From: Octopus sinensis
Lineage: Eukaryota
Assembly (NCBI RefSeq): GCF_006345805.1
Contig: NC_043021.1
Coordinates: forward strand, 4,402,001-4,466,000
Reading direction: 5' to 3'
DNA length: 64,000 nt
Part shown: positions 1-13,678 of the stretch, one piece after another
How positions within the stretch are numbered: position 1 is the stretch's first letter
Layout: each line of letters starts with the position of its first letter
Translations under genes and position numbers: made by a program
The notes under the pieces: model-generated
Databases searched by the model: none
Seen by the model: only the letters and a program-made list of their open reading frames with translations
Told to the model about the DNA's origin: nothing

Positions 1-254
1 GTATGTTTACATACCTGTAACTTAGCAGTTCCTGCAAAAGATACTAATAGAATAAAGTACTAGACTTAAAAATAATAAGTCCTGGGGGTTGATTTGTTTG
101 ACTAAGAAACACTTTAAGGCAGTGCCCCAGCATGGCCACGGTCAAATGACTGAAACAAGTAAAAGACAAAAGTTTCAGAAATAAGAGCCAGAAACGAAGG
201 CATGGCAGAGATTGAGAAGAAATGAATGTGGTTATCAAAATTTTGCAAACAGTG

Positions 255-631
255 CTAACCAACTACATGGTTCCAGGTTCAGTCCCACTTCGTGGCATCT
301 TGGGCAAGTGTCTTCTGCTATAGCCCCGGGCTGACCAATGCCTTGTGAGTGGATTTGGTAGACGGAAACTGAAAGAAGCCTGTCGTATATATGTATATAT
401 ATATATATATATATATGTGTTTGTGTGTATGTGTTTGTCCCCCTAGCATTGCTTGACAACTGATGCTGGTGTGTTTACATCCCCGTCACTTAGCGGTTCG
501 GCAAAAGAGACCGATAGAATAAGTACTGGGCTTACAAAGAATAAGTCCCGGGGTTGATTTGCTCGACTAAAAGGTGGTGCTCCAGCATGGCCACAGTCAA
601 ATGACTGAAACAAGTAAAAGAGTAAAAGAGT
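255..631 (+). mobile_element. SINE family A (tRNA-like head, CORE-like CTTGGGCAAGTG segment, internal (TA)n(TG)n, (AAAAGAGT)n tail), 5'-truncated
   Basis: Near-identical to many other copies in the window; ends GAAACAAGTAAAAGAGTAAAAGAG. Confidence 0.85.
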
Positions 632-1010
632 GAAATGGAAAAGAGAAAAACATTTCATCATCCGTTGGCAGAAATATAAAATATTTGACAAGAATGTTTT
701 TATGTTAAAGAATGCAGTACATTGACTGTGTTTGGCAAAAGCAAGAATTTGTTGGAAACTATTCAGTGTAGTATAAAACAAGCTAACCTCAGATATTTAA
801 TGATTTTTTTTTTTTTGATTTTGTTAACACAAAAGGTAATATTCTGAGAGATATTCATTCACTATGTAAGGGAAATAAACTGACACTGATAGACTGCGGA
901 CAATACAGTATGTTGTTGTTGTGAAGGGAGATTTGGCCATCAGGCTGATAGAAGACATGATGTTAGTGTTAACAATGGTGGTGACCAGCCCAAGGAAAAA
1001 CAAAAACCTT

Positions 1011-1755
1011 TGATAAAAGACCTGGGTGTTATTGTCGACAGTGATTTGCGTTGGACAAAATACATCGCTAAAATTGTTAAGAAGGCTGAGGGTGTCTTGG
1101 CATCACTCACCAAATCCTTTGTGAGCCACTCTCCGACTATCTATCTGCGGCTTTATATAGCTATGGTAAGACCTCACCTGGAATTTGCATCACCGGTCTG
1201 GAACCCCTATCTTGCCCAGGATATCAATCCTCTGGAAACCGTTCAGCGACGTGCAACTAAAAGAATACCCTCCATCAGGCATTTGCCATATCCTGAAAGC
1301 CTTACTTCCCTGGGCATGGACACATTGAAACTCCGACGTCTGGCAGCTGACTTGGCAGACACCCATAAAATTATCAACCATCTTACAAACAATAACTCTG
1401 AGCATCTTTTCAAACTCCATCCATCTAACACCCGTGGACATATTTACAAAGTCAGAAAACAGCACAGCTCCCGTGACTTCAGGAAACATTTTTTCACGCT
1501 GAGAGTTGCTGAAGCATGGAACTGCTGGCATCAGTTGTTAGTTGTCGGAGCACTGCATCCTTCAAAACTTCCATGCTTTCTGAGATTCGCCAACACTACA
1601 CCTGATTTTCTGCCCTCCATACACACACAAACATGTATCTGACTCATGCATTGTTCGCTTTCCAGACATTTGTACATTACTGCATGTACTTTATACGCAC
1701 TTTCTGACAAGTTGTGGTGCACCTGAGCACTGTATACTATAATTTCATTATTATA
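1011..1755 (+). mobile_element. CR1-clade LINE 3' end (C-terminus of ORF2 plus 3' UTR), 5'-truncated
   Basis: ORF 1010-1642 reads KDLGVIVD...VRPHLEFASPVWNP...LETVQRRATK...LRRLAADL...NTRGH...FFTLRVAEAWN, typical of CR1 post-RT sequence. Frameshifted after AWN; (ATT)n tail. Confidence 0.9.
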
Positions 1756-2283
1756 AGGCATTCCAGCCAAACCATGCTGTTGTTTTATATATCGGGAACT
1801 ACATTGTCTGATATGTTTTTCCTCTTTGAAAAGGTCAGTGTGTATGATTTGTAGGAGATTTGGTTTTTGTTTACAGATAACTGAATGACCCTGTAGATCA
1901 GTGTTTCCCTACCATTTTGATTACTATTTTACTTAGGTATACTCACCTAGTCATCTGATGTTTAAAAATCATATATTTTAATAATTAAATATTATCAGGA
2001 ATTCAATCATCATCATAGTTTAATGTCTGCTTTCCATGCTGGCATGGGTTGGACAGTTTGACATGGAGCTGGCCAGCTGGGAGCTGTCCAAATTCTGTGG
2101 TATGGTTTCTATGGCTGGATACCCTTCCTAACACCAACCACTTAACAGATGGCACAGGTGAATTTACACAGCACTGGCATGGATGTGTTAACTCAGTACT
2201 GTCATGGGTGCTTTTTAAGTGGCACCAGCACTCGAAAGGACAAGTCTGCATGTGTAGAAGGCAACAATTTTATTTAGTACAGC

Positions 2284-2631
2284 AAAGTCATTGCCAGTAC
2301 CGCCTAACTGGCCCCCGTGCCGTGACACGTAAAAGGGCACCATTCAAGCATGATCGTTACCAACGTTGCCTTACTGGCACCTGTGCCGGTGGCATGTGTA
2401 AAAAGATTCGAGTGAGGTCATTGCCAGTACCGCCTGACTGGCCCCCATGCCGGTGGCACGTAAAAAGTACCCACTACACTCTCGGAGTGGTTGGCGTTAG
2501 GAAGGGCATCCAGCTGTAGAAACTCTGCCAGATCAAGATTGGAGCCTGGTGCAGCCATCTGGTTTGCCAGCCCTCAGTCAAAATCATCCAACCCATGCTA
2601 GCATGGAAAGCGGATGTTAAATGATGATGAT
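2284..2631 (+). mobile_element. SINE/LINE-tail family C (GTGCCGGTGGCACGTAAAAAGCACC modules; GGCGTTAGGAAGGGCATCCAG...CCAACCCATGCTAGCATGG; (ATG)n tail)
   Basis: Repeated many times in the window in both orientations. Confidence 0.8.
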
Positions 2632-2639
2632 GAAATCGT

Positions 2640-2786
2640 CACACCCCTCAGTCCTCATCATTTCCTCAGTGAGGCCCAGTGTCCAAAGATCCTTTCCCAC
2701 CACTTTGTCTGACATTTTCCTGGGTCACCCCTTCCATAGGTACCCTCCATAATTAAAGCTCAGCACTTCTTTATGCAGCTGTCCTC
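2640..2786 (-). mobile_element. Degenerate RTE-type LINE fragment (ORF2 C-terminus)
   Basis: Minus strand reads EDSCIKKC*ALIMEGTYGR, then after a frameshift ...KVVGKDLWTLGLTEEM; similar to 23740-23905. Confidence 0.6.
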
Positions 2787-3187
2787 AGAAGTATAACCAA
2801 TTTATGGCAGCTAAATTTTAACAACAAAATCTTATATGAACCCTGGTCAAGAACCAATGAAGAACTCTCTCGTTTGCTCATTCCCTCCTTGGCTTACATG
2901 TCACAGACAATTGTCATGAAAGTCACAGCTTTAGTTTAAAATCCAGCAGCATTCTTAAACCAAATTTCTCAGAATAGCTGGCCTTTATTTGGTCAACAAC
3001 TAATTAAACAGCTAATAGTAGCAGTGTGGTACTGAATCTTGCTTCCCAGCCATGTGGTTCCAGGTTCAATTCCACTGCATGACAACTTTGGAAAGTGTCT
3101 TCTACTACAGACCTAAGCCAATCAAAGTCTTGCGAGTGGATTTGGTAGATGGTAAGTGGAATAAATCCATTGTACATGTATATATGT

Positions 3188-3228
<41 letters not shown>

Positions 3229-3331
3229 CATGTGTGCGTGTGCATGTGTGTGAGCATGTGTTAGTGTCTCTGTATTGACATGTGATAGTTCTAAATGAGT
3301 GCCAGCATCATGCAAGCTATATATATATATA

Positions 3332-3578
3332 TCATCATCATCAGTTAGCATCCGCTTTCCATGCTAGCATGGGTTGGACGGTTCAACTGGGGACTGCGAA
3401 GCCGGAAGGCTGCATCAGGCCCAGTCAGATCTGGCAGTGTTTCTACGGCTGGATGCCCTTCCTAACGCCAACCACTCCGTGAGTGTAGTGGGTACTTTTT
3501 ACGTGCCACCCACACAGGTGCCAGACGGAGCTGGCAAATGGCCACGAACGGATGGTGCTTTTACATGCCACTGGCACT
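3332..3578 (-). mobile_element. Family C element
   Basis: (CAT)n followed by the reverse complement of the family C body. Confidence 0.8.
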
Positions 3579-4352
3579 ATATATATAGTGTGTGTGTGTG
3601 TATACAATTGAAAAATAGGATAAAATCTTTATAAGAATTTATCAAGTAGTTAGCGTGAAAAACCTCATAAGGGAAAAATCCATCAATTATTCCTCTTAAA
3701 TGTATTTATTTATATTAAGGGCATTACTATACATAAATGCCTCATGCTAGAAGGGACTCTTAATGTCAAAACTACCACAATAAATAAACACATTGTATAC
3801 GTATAAACAAAAGGAAAACAGATGTTAACCAATGATGATGATGATGATATTAAACTATATTTTGGCAAACCATGCCTGTATTTGATTATCTGAACTCATT
3901 TCACACCTTCTCTTTTCAGTCTAATATTAATAACAGGACAAACAAAATATTTCAGGTTTTAAATTACAAAACCAGTTTCAAGCCAGTCCAAGGTATCCTA
4001 AATATAATCACAACATCACTCAATATAATCAATAACTATCAATACTGCTCAATTATGTCTCATTAAAACATCATTTCATAGATTACATAGTAGCACCTAA
4101 TTAACAGAGCTTAAAGTCATCTTTAGATTTTGGCCACAAAATCTTCCATTTCTTATGGATATCTTCCATATCATATAGTAACATGAATTTTGTCCATGGG
4201 TAGCAACTGTTAGTTCCTTTTTTGCTTATCCCTAGAGAGAATGAAAAATGGCTAATATTTCTTTCAGACTTTGCTTTTCTCACATTCAATCAAAACCCAA
4301 AGAATTCCTCTCAGCACATGACTATGATGCTCCCCTACCTTGCCTGGCACCC

Positions 4353-4541
4353 GTGCCTGTGGCACGTAAAAAGCACCCACTACACTCACGGAGTGGTTGG
4401 CATTAGGAAGGGCATCCAGCTGTAGAAACACTGCCAGATCAGACTGGGCCTGGTGCAGCCTCCTGGCTTTCCAGACCCCGGTCGAACCGTCCAACCCATG
4501 CTAGCATGGAAAATGGATGTTAAACGATGATGATGATGATG
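4353..4541 (+). mobile_element. Family C element (left arm of tail-to-tail inverted pair)
   Basis: Family C body ending in (GAT)n. Confidence 0.85.
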
Positions 4542-4555
4542 TACATATATGCACG

Positions 4556-4744
4556 CATCATCATCATCATCATCGTTTGGCGTCCGCTTTCCATGCTAGC
4601 ACGGGTTGGATGGTTCGACCGGGGTCTGGGAAGCCAGGAGGCTGCACCAGGTTCCAGTCTGATCTAGCAATGTTTCTACGGATGCCCTTCCTAACACCAA
4701 CCACTCCGTGAGTGTAGTGGGTGCTTTTTACGTGCCACTGGCAC
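4556..4744 (-). mobile_element. Family C element (right arm of tail-to-tail inverted pair)
   Basis: Reverse complement of 4353-4541 with scattered mismatches. Confidence 0.85.
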
Positions 4745-4828
4745 AATATAGATATATTTACACATACACATGCAAATACATTAAACATACACACACATGC
4801 ATACATATACAAACATATATTCATATAT

Positions 4829-4872
<44 letters not shown>

Positions 4873-6249
4873 CACACACACATAATGAGCTTCTTTCAGT
4901 TTCCATCAACCAAGTTCACCCATAATGCACTGTTTGGCCCAAGGCTATAGTTGAAGACACTTGCAGTGAGACCGAACCCAAAGCCACATGGTTGGAAACA
5001 GAACTTCCTAACTGCACAGCATTGCTTGTACCTACAACAGTCATGTCTTTACCTTTAAGACTGAGGATAAAAATTAATTTTCTCTACCTTCCAAGAAACC
5101 AGACCACACAATCAAGAAAATAAACATCTCAAACTTAAAACGCCAATTATGCCTAATATTTTGGAGATTGGCTATTAGATGTTTGGGAATGATGAAAAGT
5201 TGAAGTTTGGTGGAGAGAAGGGTGGACAAGGGAGAAAATTAACTCCATCTTATTGTGTGATTGATGAAAATCAATAAGTAACATACTTCAATCAAGAAAA
5301 CAATCATTGATTATCATTTGGTGTCATCTCAGAAGGGAATTGCAGCAGGATGAGTCAACAAAACGATGGACCGGAGGTTGATGGGTCACATGTCAACAAT
5401 AGGATGTTATGTTTGTATCTAATCAGTAGATACTGCATTGTATTTGCAGCCAAGATATTTTCTTCATAACTTAAGTTATGGTAATTGTAACACAAAGGAA
5501 CCAATGAAAAAGCCTGTATGCACTCCTCCTAGAAATAGCAGCCAAAAATCTTCCTTACATCACATTAACCTTTTAGCATATCTGGACCAAATACTCTACT
5601 TGTTTTATGCTGGACCTGACCAGGTATGGATTCTCACATCTATTCTACAATGTCATACTAAAAAAGGTGTGGCTGTGGGGTAAGAAGCTTGCTTCCCTAC
5701 CACATGGTTTCAGGTTCACTGTATGGCATCTTGAGCAAGTGTTTCACAGACAGCACAATTGGTGAACACTGGCAAACGTCACTGTCTGAATTCGTACAAA
5801 GACATGTTTTTATGAAGCCTAAAAATATTCAATTAATTGTTTGATCAGTGGTTCCCATGTGACCTTTCTATTTTCCTCATCTCCAAATACAATAAACGCA
5901 TACGTCCTACGCTCGTCTTTTTACAAGGTGAGAAACGTGTTTCATTGACAACCTGCAACTTCTTTTTAAAAGAGAAAGTCTAACTATTTATAAGAGCTGT
6001 GAAGTCTTGTTTATGGCTCTTGTTATTTACTAGGACCTCTGTTTTGGTGCAGAGAATTGGTAATATTCCTGTAGTTCATTGTGTTATTTTTTTTTGTTTG
6101 CTTAGAAATCAGTTGGGTTTCTGCTGTTGATACGGTAATTCGGGTTCCAACTTGAATTTCAGCTCTTCAAAAGTAGTACCCATGTAATAGTCAACCCCAT
6201 GAATTTGACCTTAAAAAGTGGTGTAAAAATTCAACTTTTCCACAAGTAT

Positions 6250-6480
6250 TATTTCTTTATTGCCCACAAGGGGCTAAACATAGAGGGGACAGACAAGGAC
6301 AGACAAACGGATTAAGTCGATTACATCGACCCCAGTGCGTAACTGGTATTTAATTTATCGACCCCGAAAGGATAAAAGGCAAAGTCGACCTCGGCGGAAT
6401 TTGAACTCAGAACGTAACGGCAGATGAAATACGGCTACGCATTTCATCCGGCGTGCTAACGTTTCTGCCAGCTCGCTGCC
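6250..6480 (-). mobile_element. SINE family B (tRNA-like head GGCGGCGAGCTGGCAGAAACGTTAGC...GTTCTGAGTTCAAATTCC; AAAGAAATA tail), full length with TSD
   Basis: Flanked by the direct repeat TTTTCCACAAGTAT (6236-6249 and 6481-6494). Confidence 0.9.
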
Positions 6481-6940
6481 TTTTCCACAAGTATATATGG
6501 TATACACACAAACACACACAGACACCAACCCCAGTACTTATTTTATGAACCCTAAAAGAATGAAAGGCCATATTGACCACAGCAGACTTTGAACTCAGAA
6601 TGCGAAGACAGATGAAATGACACTAAGCATTTTGCTCTGCATGCTAACAATTCTGCCAGTTCCCCACCTTATATTCTGATAAAAATAATAACTTTTAATC
6701 CTGGTATGGGGGTTTCTAATTTTGAGGGTTTTGTGAATTTAAACAACTTTATCATGACAGGTATTTTATGTCATCAACTCCAGTTAATCCCAAAAGGATT
6801 TGAACTCAGAAGATAAAGGGACATAACTAGGTACCACAAAATATTTCCCTTCACAACTAAATCCGATAATCGCCGTCCTTATAATAATAATCCTTTCTAC
6901 TATAGGCACAAGGCCCGAAAATGTTGTGGGTGGGGACTAT

Positions 6941-7156
6941 TTACTCTTTTTACTTGTTTCAGTCATTTCACTGCGGCCATGCTGGAGCACCGCCTTTGAT
7001 CGAGCAACTCGACCCCGGGTCTTATTCTTTTGTAAGCCCAGTACTTATTCTATCGGTCTCTTTTGCCGAACCGCTAAGTAACGGGGACATAAACACACCA
7101 GCATCGGTTGTCAAGCAATGCTAGGGGGACAAACACAGACACACAAACACACACAC

Positions 7157-7226
<70 letters not shown>

Positions 7227-7398
7227 CATATATACGACGGGCTTCTTTCAGTTTCCGTCTACCAAATCCACTCACAAGGCTTTGGTCGGCCCGAGGCTAT
7301 AGTAGAAGACACTTGCCCAAGGTGCCACGCAGTGGGACTGAACCCGGAACCATGTGGTTGGTAAACAAGCTACTTACCACACAGCCACTCCTGTGCCT
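6941..7398 (-). mobile_element. SINE family A, full length, inserted in an older B-like copy
   Basis: Tail TTACTCTTTT to head CACAGCCACTCCTG(T/C)GCCT; the host B-like sequence resumes on both sides. Confidence 0.85.
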
Positions 7399-8160
7399 AT
7401 TTGATTACATCAACCCTGGTGCTCAACTAGTAATTATTTTATCAACCCTACAAGAATGAAAGGCAAAGTCAACACTGGTAGAATTTGAACTCAAAGCAAT
7501 AAAGACAGATGAAATGCTGGTAATGATTCTGCTAGCTCTCTGCCTTAATAATAATAAAATAATAACTGTTTCAAATTTTGGCACAAGGTCAGCGAGTTTA
7601 GGAGGTGGGGTTCGTTTATACCATAGGCCCTAATACTTAACTGGTACTTTATCTTATAAATCCCAAATAATAATGATGCACTCCCAGGCAATGGTTCAAA
7701 TTCCTACAACTACAAGAAGTTCAATTTTATCTTGTAAACATTGTGTGCACACGTTTTTCTCTCCCCTTTGTGCACAAGTTATAAAGGCATGAACACACAG
7801 AAGTACACAACTCACAAGAAACACTGCACAAAGCTACAAATTCTTGTGAGAGGAGGTCAATGAATGACATCAAATCCAATTCTTGACTCGTACTTTATTT
7901 CATCGACCCACTCCCCACCCCACCCATCACTGATTTCAGCAAGATTTGAACTCAGAACAAAGAGACAGAAGAAATATGAAAACACGTTTTCTGGCATTCT
8001 AACAAGTCTGCCAGTTAACCCTCCTTCAAAGCAATGAAAACATCAATGGACTTTTGTTTGGTTGTGCAAACTAATAGAAAAAGCAACCAAATATTCCTTA
8101 TATTACACATGAACATCTTCAAAGAGAGAGAGAGACAGACAGACAGACAGACTCATTAGA

Positions 8161-8580
8161 TTACTCTCTCTTTTTTTACTCTTTTACTTGTTTCAGTCAT
8201 TTGACTGCGGTCATGCTGGAGCACCGCCTTTAGTCGAGCAAATCGACCCCGGGACTTATTCTTTGTAAGCCCAGTACTTATTCTATCGGTCTCTTTTGCC
8301 GAACCGCTAAGTGACGGGGACATAAACACACCAGCATCGGTTGTCAAGCAATGCTAGGGGGACAAACACAGACACACAAACATATACACACACATTTATA
8401 TATACATACATATATACGACAGGCTTCTTTCGGTTTCCGTCTACCAAACCCACTCACAAGGCATTGGTCGGCCCGGGGCTATAGCAGAAGACACTTGCCC
8501 AAGATGCCACGCAGTGGGACTGAACCCGGAACCATGTGGTTGGTTAGCAAGCTACTTACCACACAGCCACTCCTGCGCCT
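8161..8580 (-). mobile_element. SINE family A, full length
   Basis: Matches the other A copies over their whole length. Confidence 0.9.
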
Positions 8581-9670
8581 ATGATGTAGCCCTAGTTATG
8601 AAATACCGAAGAGAAGGTCATGAGTGGGAGAGGCTTTGATCATAGGCTTCAGCTCCAGATTAGCCCTGATTGAGTAAACAACAACAACAGCATATTGACA
8701 ACTGTTGAGACCTCAAGCAAACATCATATTCTACATTTAAAATTAATTTACATAAATTATAGGCAAAGGCATGGCTGTGTGGTAAGAAAAAATGTGCTGC
8801 TTCTGGCCACATGGTTCCAGGTTCGGTCCCACTGTGTGGCATTTTGGGCATCTTCTACTACAGTCTTGGGCTGATCAAAGCCTTGTGAGTGGATTTAGTA
8901 GAAGGAAACTGAAAGAATCCCATCATGTGTGTTTACGTTTGTCTCCCACCACTGCTTGACAACCAGTGTTGCTTTCTTTATGTCTCCATAACTTAGTGGT
9001 TTGGCAAAAAGAGACTGATAGAATAAGTACCAAGCTTAACAAAAAACAAGTTCAGGGGGTGATTCATTTGACTAAAAATTCTTCAAGGCAGTGCCCCAGC
9101 ATGGCCGCAGCCTAATGACTGAAACAAGTAAAAGATGGAAGATAAAATTACCTTAAGTAATTGATACAGATACCTTAGTACATGAAATATGGCATCCAAA
9201 GTTGCCGAGATAAACTTTGCCTTTCATCTTTTAAAAGTCGATAAAGTACTTGTCCAGGACAATATGATAAACAGAATGTTAATACATCAGAAAAGAAAAC
9301 TTGGCATATCTGTGCATTCTGAGTTCAAATCACACCTGTTACTGGCAAAAAAATGTTGATAGGCTTGAGAAGTCTCCTTAAATAAATGTCCAGGTATTTC
9401 AACTGATCACTGGTCATAGCATCCGGTAAGGGAGACTGCAAAGGGATAGTATAGACAGAAAGATAACAGGGTAACGCCATTAGTAGGAGAGGTTAGGAAG
9501 CTAAGGGAGGAGGATTAAGTATTGTAACTGAATAAATCAGGGGAAGTTAAGTTAAATTAAGAGAAGATAAAAGTAATTAAGAATAAGACAATAGAAGGTG
9601 AAAAAGGTGAAAAAATTGAAAAAGTGAAAGAGAGAAATTTCTTCTTTCTTTCTATATTATGCCATAACCC

Positions 9671-9900
9671 TATCATCATCACCATTGTTCGACCGTGGTC
9701 GAGACAATGGAATTTACCATGCTACGCCAGACTTCACAGTCCATCATAGCATTACGGAGGTCCTGTTGCTGGATGCCTGTATCCCTGGAGATTACATCAG
9801 GGTAGGAGAGTGTGCGCCCTCTGGTGTTGCGAGTAGATGGCTTCCAGAGGAGAAGAGTAGAAATTACCTCGTTTTCAGCTCTACAACAATGTCCAGCAAA
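9671..9900 (-). mobile_element. RTE-type LINE 3' end, 5'-truncated
   Basis: Minus strand translates FAGHCCRAENEVISTLLLWKPSTRNTRGRTLSYPDVISRDTGIQQQDLRNAMMDCEVWRSMVNSIVSTTVEQW*, followed by a (TGA)n tail. Confidence 0.8.
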
Positions 9901-10114
9901 CCCTATAGCCCAAGATACACCAGTACAGTAACAGGACTGTGCACTAAATGAATGATGAGGTATTTAGAAGATATAAGGGAGATAGAATACATGTAAAAGG
10001 AACAAAGAAAAAAGAATTGATACAAAACATACGAGAGAGAGAGAAAGTGAGAGTGTGTGTGTGTGTGCAAGAGAGACCAAGGTGTCGGCTAGTTTCAGTA
10101 AGGAATTTTCTTAC

Positions 10115-10360
10115 CTCAAATGAAGATGAGGCAGAAGACTCAGACAGAAGGTTCCCCCAAATGAAAAGGTCCTCGGTCGGATCAAGCTGGGAGATGCTTT
10201 TCCAGCTCGGAGGGTAATCCTCGATTTCCGAGACATCGTCCGTTGTGTCTAACTGTGACACATCATCAGCTGTGAGATCATTTTCGGTCCCTTCCACTTC
10301 TTCCTCCTCTTCTTCCACTAGCTCCCTTATAGGTGGAAGAACATAGCGCTGGTACTCCAT
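10115..10360 (-). CDS. Candidate alternative first coding exon of the minus-strand gene (82 aa acidic N-terminus MEYQRYVLPPIRELVEEEEEE...SSSFE)
   Basis: ATG at 10360; 246 nt of non-repetitive, protein-like ORF; ends GAG|GTAAGA (phase 0). Upstream 10360-11560 is repeat-poor and has no clear acceptor. Confidence 0.65.
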
Positions 10361-11579
10361 CTATTCCTTACGTTTATTCATTCATTTATTTATTTATTTA
10401 TTTATTTACAGTGACATCACGAACAACAACGAAACACAACAGGAAAAGGAACACGAAAAATTCCGAGTTGAACCCATCGCAAATAGTTTCAGAAAAGGAA
10501 AGAAAAAGAAATAAATATCCAAGACAGAACCATGAAGACATCTTGTTGCTGGTATGTAACTCGTCGTTAAATAGGGTGTACATCATTTTGTGTATATGTA
10601 TATGTGTGTATATATAATTTTTTGTTGTTATTTTTCCTTTTGTTTGCAGGCTGTTTATAATTTAAATAAACCAGGCCCAACAAATTTAACAATGACGACA
10701 ACAACAGTGATGAAATATTTAACAAGTACACAACTACCCTTACTTACATGTACAAATGAAAATTACCAAGATACATAATTAGGTTGCATTTTTTTTTTGT
10801 TTTTTAGTATCATTAGCCATCTTTTTTTTTATATGTGTCTTTGTTTTCTTTTTAATTACTTTCCAAACGATAACAGGCTCATTTATTCAGATCCACATAT
10901 TGAATAAATCACGGTAGCTTTTTGATGTTTATAGTACTGTCGGTTTCTGTTGGCATTTGTTTGTTTGTTTATCTATTTATTTAAAATTTATTTTGTTTTC
11001 TTCTACGTCTGAAGTCATGACAGGTTAGCATCAAATAAGTGAAAACAGAATTCATACAAAGGTAATACAAATATATTTATGAGTCCCAACACAGATTAAA
11101 AGGTAATATAATTGTATTATGTGAGGGAGGGGGGGAATGTATGAAATAAAATAATAAAAAAAAGTATCTAAAAAAAAAAAATACATGCTTTCGCAATGTA
11201 AATATAGTGCAAGTCATTTAGATGGAAGCTAAAATATATAGAAAAATAAATAGGATTATCTTCACTAACTAAGAGATAAGGATTAAGACAATATATGCAA
11301 GTAGGCTAAACACAATATCGGATGAAAAAAAAAATGCATTCGTTTTTACATTATTTAGTTCTAACTATTATATGTAGGGCCATACTGGAGCACTGCTTTG
11401 CACATTGAAACTCCCTGATCTACAACACTGAAGAGACAATGGTCTTTTAGTTGGGGGTTTTCAGTATGATGTTGGTTTCTCTTGGTGATAAATTAGGTTG
11501 GATACTTTTAACCCTAAGTGTCTGACAGATCAGAACTGACATAAGATTAAATAACAACAAAAACAATCTCTATATATAA

Positions 11580-11978
11580 TCTTTATATATAAAAGTGAAG
11601 TTGTGTGTCTGTCTCCTACGATTTAGATTCCTAACTACTCCCACATTTTGCAGTGCAGTGTAACCAAAAGCGGATATCTTATAGTCGTGATTCATATCGA
11701 GCCCTTCTGGGTATTAGTGCGCGTCTACGATGAGTCTACGATTTTAAAAAAAATTTACCATAATTTTTTCCCATTTTTAATGCATTTTTTTGCTATTATA
11801 TAAGGGAAGTAACTCTCTAAAAATGTATTATTAAATCTCAGAACGTAAAAAGCTACAGTAACACCCCCCCCCCTTTGTGTTTAGCCATATTGAGATGGCT
11901 ATTATACTTTACATCTCTAAAAATGCTTATATAGTTATTTCCCTTACAAACCCGAGCAACGCCGGGCAATACTGCTAG
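11580..11978 (+). mobile_element. Non-autonomous Helitron
   Basis: A|TC 5' end (TCTTTATATATAAAAG); subterminal hairpin CCCG-AGCAACGC-CGGG; CTAG|T 3' end. The 3' part is shared with 54550-54930. Confidence 0.8.
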
Positions 11979-12454
11979 TCTTTTATATTTTACTTGTTTC
12001 AGTTAGACTGTGGCCATGCTGGGGCACTGCCTTGAAGAATTTTTAGTCAAATGAATCAACCCCAGTACTTATTTTTTTATAAAGCCTGGTACTTATTCTA
12101 TTGGTCCCCTTTGCCAATCTGTTAAGTTACAGGGACATAAACAAAGCAACACCGATTATCAAGTGGTGGTGGGAGACAAAAACACACACACAGCTTCTTT
12201 CAGTTTCCATCTACAAGACCCATGGGCTTCTTTCAGTTTCCATCTACAAGACCCACTCACAAGGCTTTGGTCAGCCCAAGGCTACAATAGAAGACACCAT
12301 GCAGAAAGACTAAATCCAGAACTATGTGGTTGGAAAGCAAATTTCTTACCACAGCCAAATATTTAAAACTCAATATTTATCAGTAAATTACTAACTAAAT
12401 ATAGCAGCAAATTATGGCATTTAGTAATAAGAATTTAGGATATGTAATATTAAT

Positions 12455-12608
12455 TCCTTCTACTATAGGCACAAGGCCTGAAATGTTGAAGGAGGGTACA
12501 AGTTGATTACATTGACCCAAAGCTCAACTGTTAATTTATCAACACCGAAAGGATGGAAGGCAAAGTCAACCACGGTGGAATTTGAACTTAGAAAACAAAA
12601 CTGAAGGA

Positions 12609-12654
<46 letters not shown>

Positions 12655-13629
12655 TAATAATCATCATCATCATCATTGTTTAACGTCCGTTTTCCATGCT
12701 AGCATGGGTTGGACGGTTCAACTGGGGTCTGGGAAGCCAGAAGGCTGCGCCAGGCCCAGTCTGATCTGGCAGTGTTTCTACAGCTGGATGCCCTTCCTAA
12801 CGCCAACCACTAATAATAATAATAATAATAATAATGGTTTCAGATTTTAGCACAGAACCAGCAATTTAGAGGGTAGGGGAGTAAGCTGATTAAATTGATT
12901 CCAGTGATCAACTGGTACTTATCTACCCCAAAAGGATGAAAAGCAAAGTCAACCTCAACAGAATTTGAACTCTGAACATGAAGACAAAATTCCGTTTAGC
13001 ATTTTGTCAAGCATGACAACAATTCTGCCAGCTCGCCACCTTAATAATAATAATCCTTGCTACTAAAGGCACAGGGCCTGAAATTTTGGGGAAGGGGACT
13101 AGTTGATTACACCAACCCTAGTACACAACTAGTACTTATGTTATTGACCTTGAAAAGATGAAAGGTAAAGTCGACCTCAGCACAATTTGAACTCAGAATG
13201 TAGAGACGAAGGAAATGCCGCTAAGTATTTTGCCCAACATGTTAATAATTCTGTCAGCTCAACATAATCATCATCATCGTTTAACATCTGCTTTCCATGC
13301 TGGCATGGGTTGGACGGTTCGACTGGGGTCTGGGAAGCGAGGAGGCTGCGCCAGGCCCAGTCTGATCTGGCAGTGTTTCTACAGCTGGATGCCCTTCCTA
13401 ACGCCAACCACTCCACGAGTGTAGTGGGTGCTTTTAATGTGCCACTGGCACGGTGCCAGGCGAGGCTGGCAACGGCCACGATCGGTTAGTGCTTTTTACG
13501 TGCCACTGGCATGGAGGCCAGTCGGGGCAGCGGCCACATTCGGATGGTTCTTTTACGTGCCACCGGCACGGGTGTCACAACTACAATTTCCATTGACTTT
13601 TGAGCGACGACAACGACAACAACAACAAC

Positions 13630-13675
<46 letters not shown>
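12455..13675 (-). repeat. Chain of old B-like and family C SINEs separated by (TAA)n/(CAT)n tails
   Basis: Alternating B-like and C segments, each beginning at a trinucleotide tail. Confidence 0.75.

Positions 13676-13678
<3 letters not shown>

Noticed and set aside
10411-10513. Plus-strand acceptor plus short ORF DITNNNETQQEKEHEKFRVEPIANSFRKGKKKK*
   Set aside because: No upstream plus-strand exons were found; more simply the antisense of the 5' UTR of the 10360 exon.
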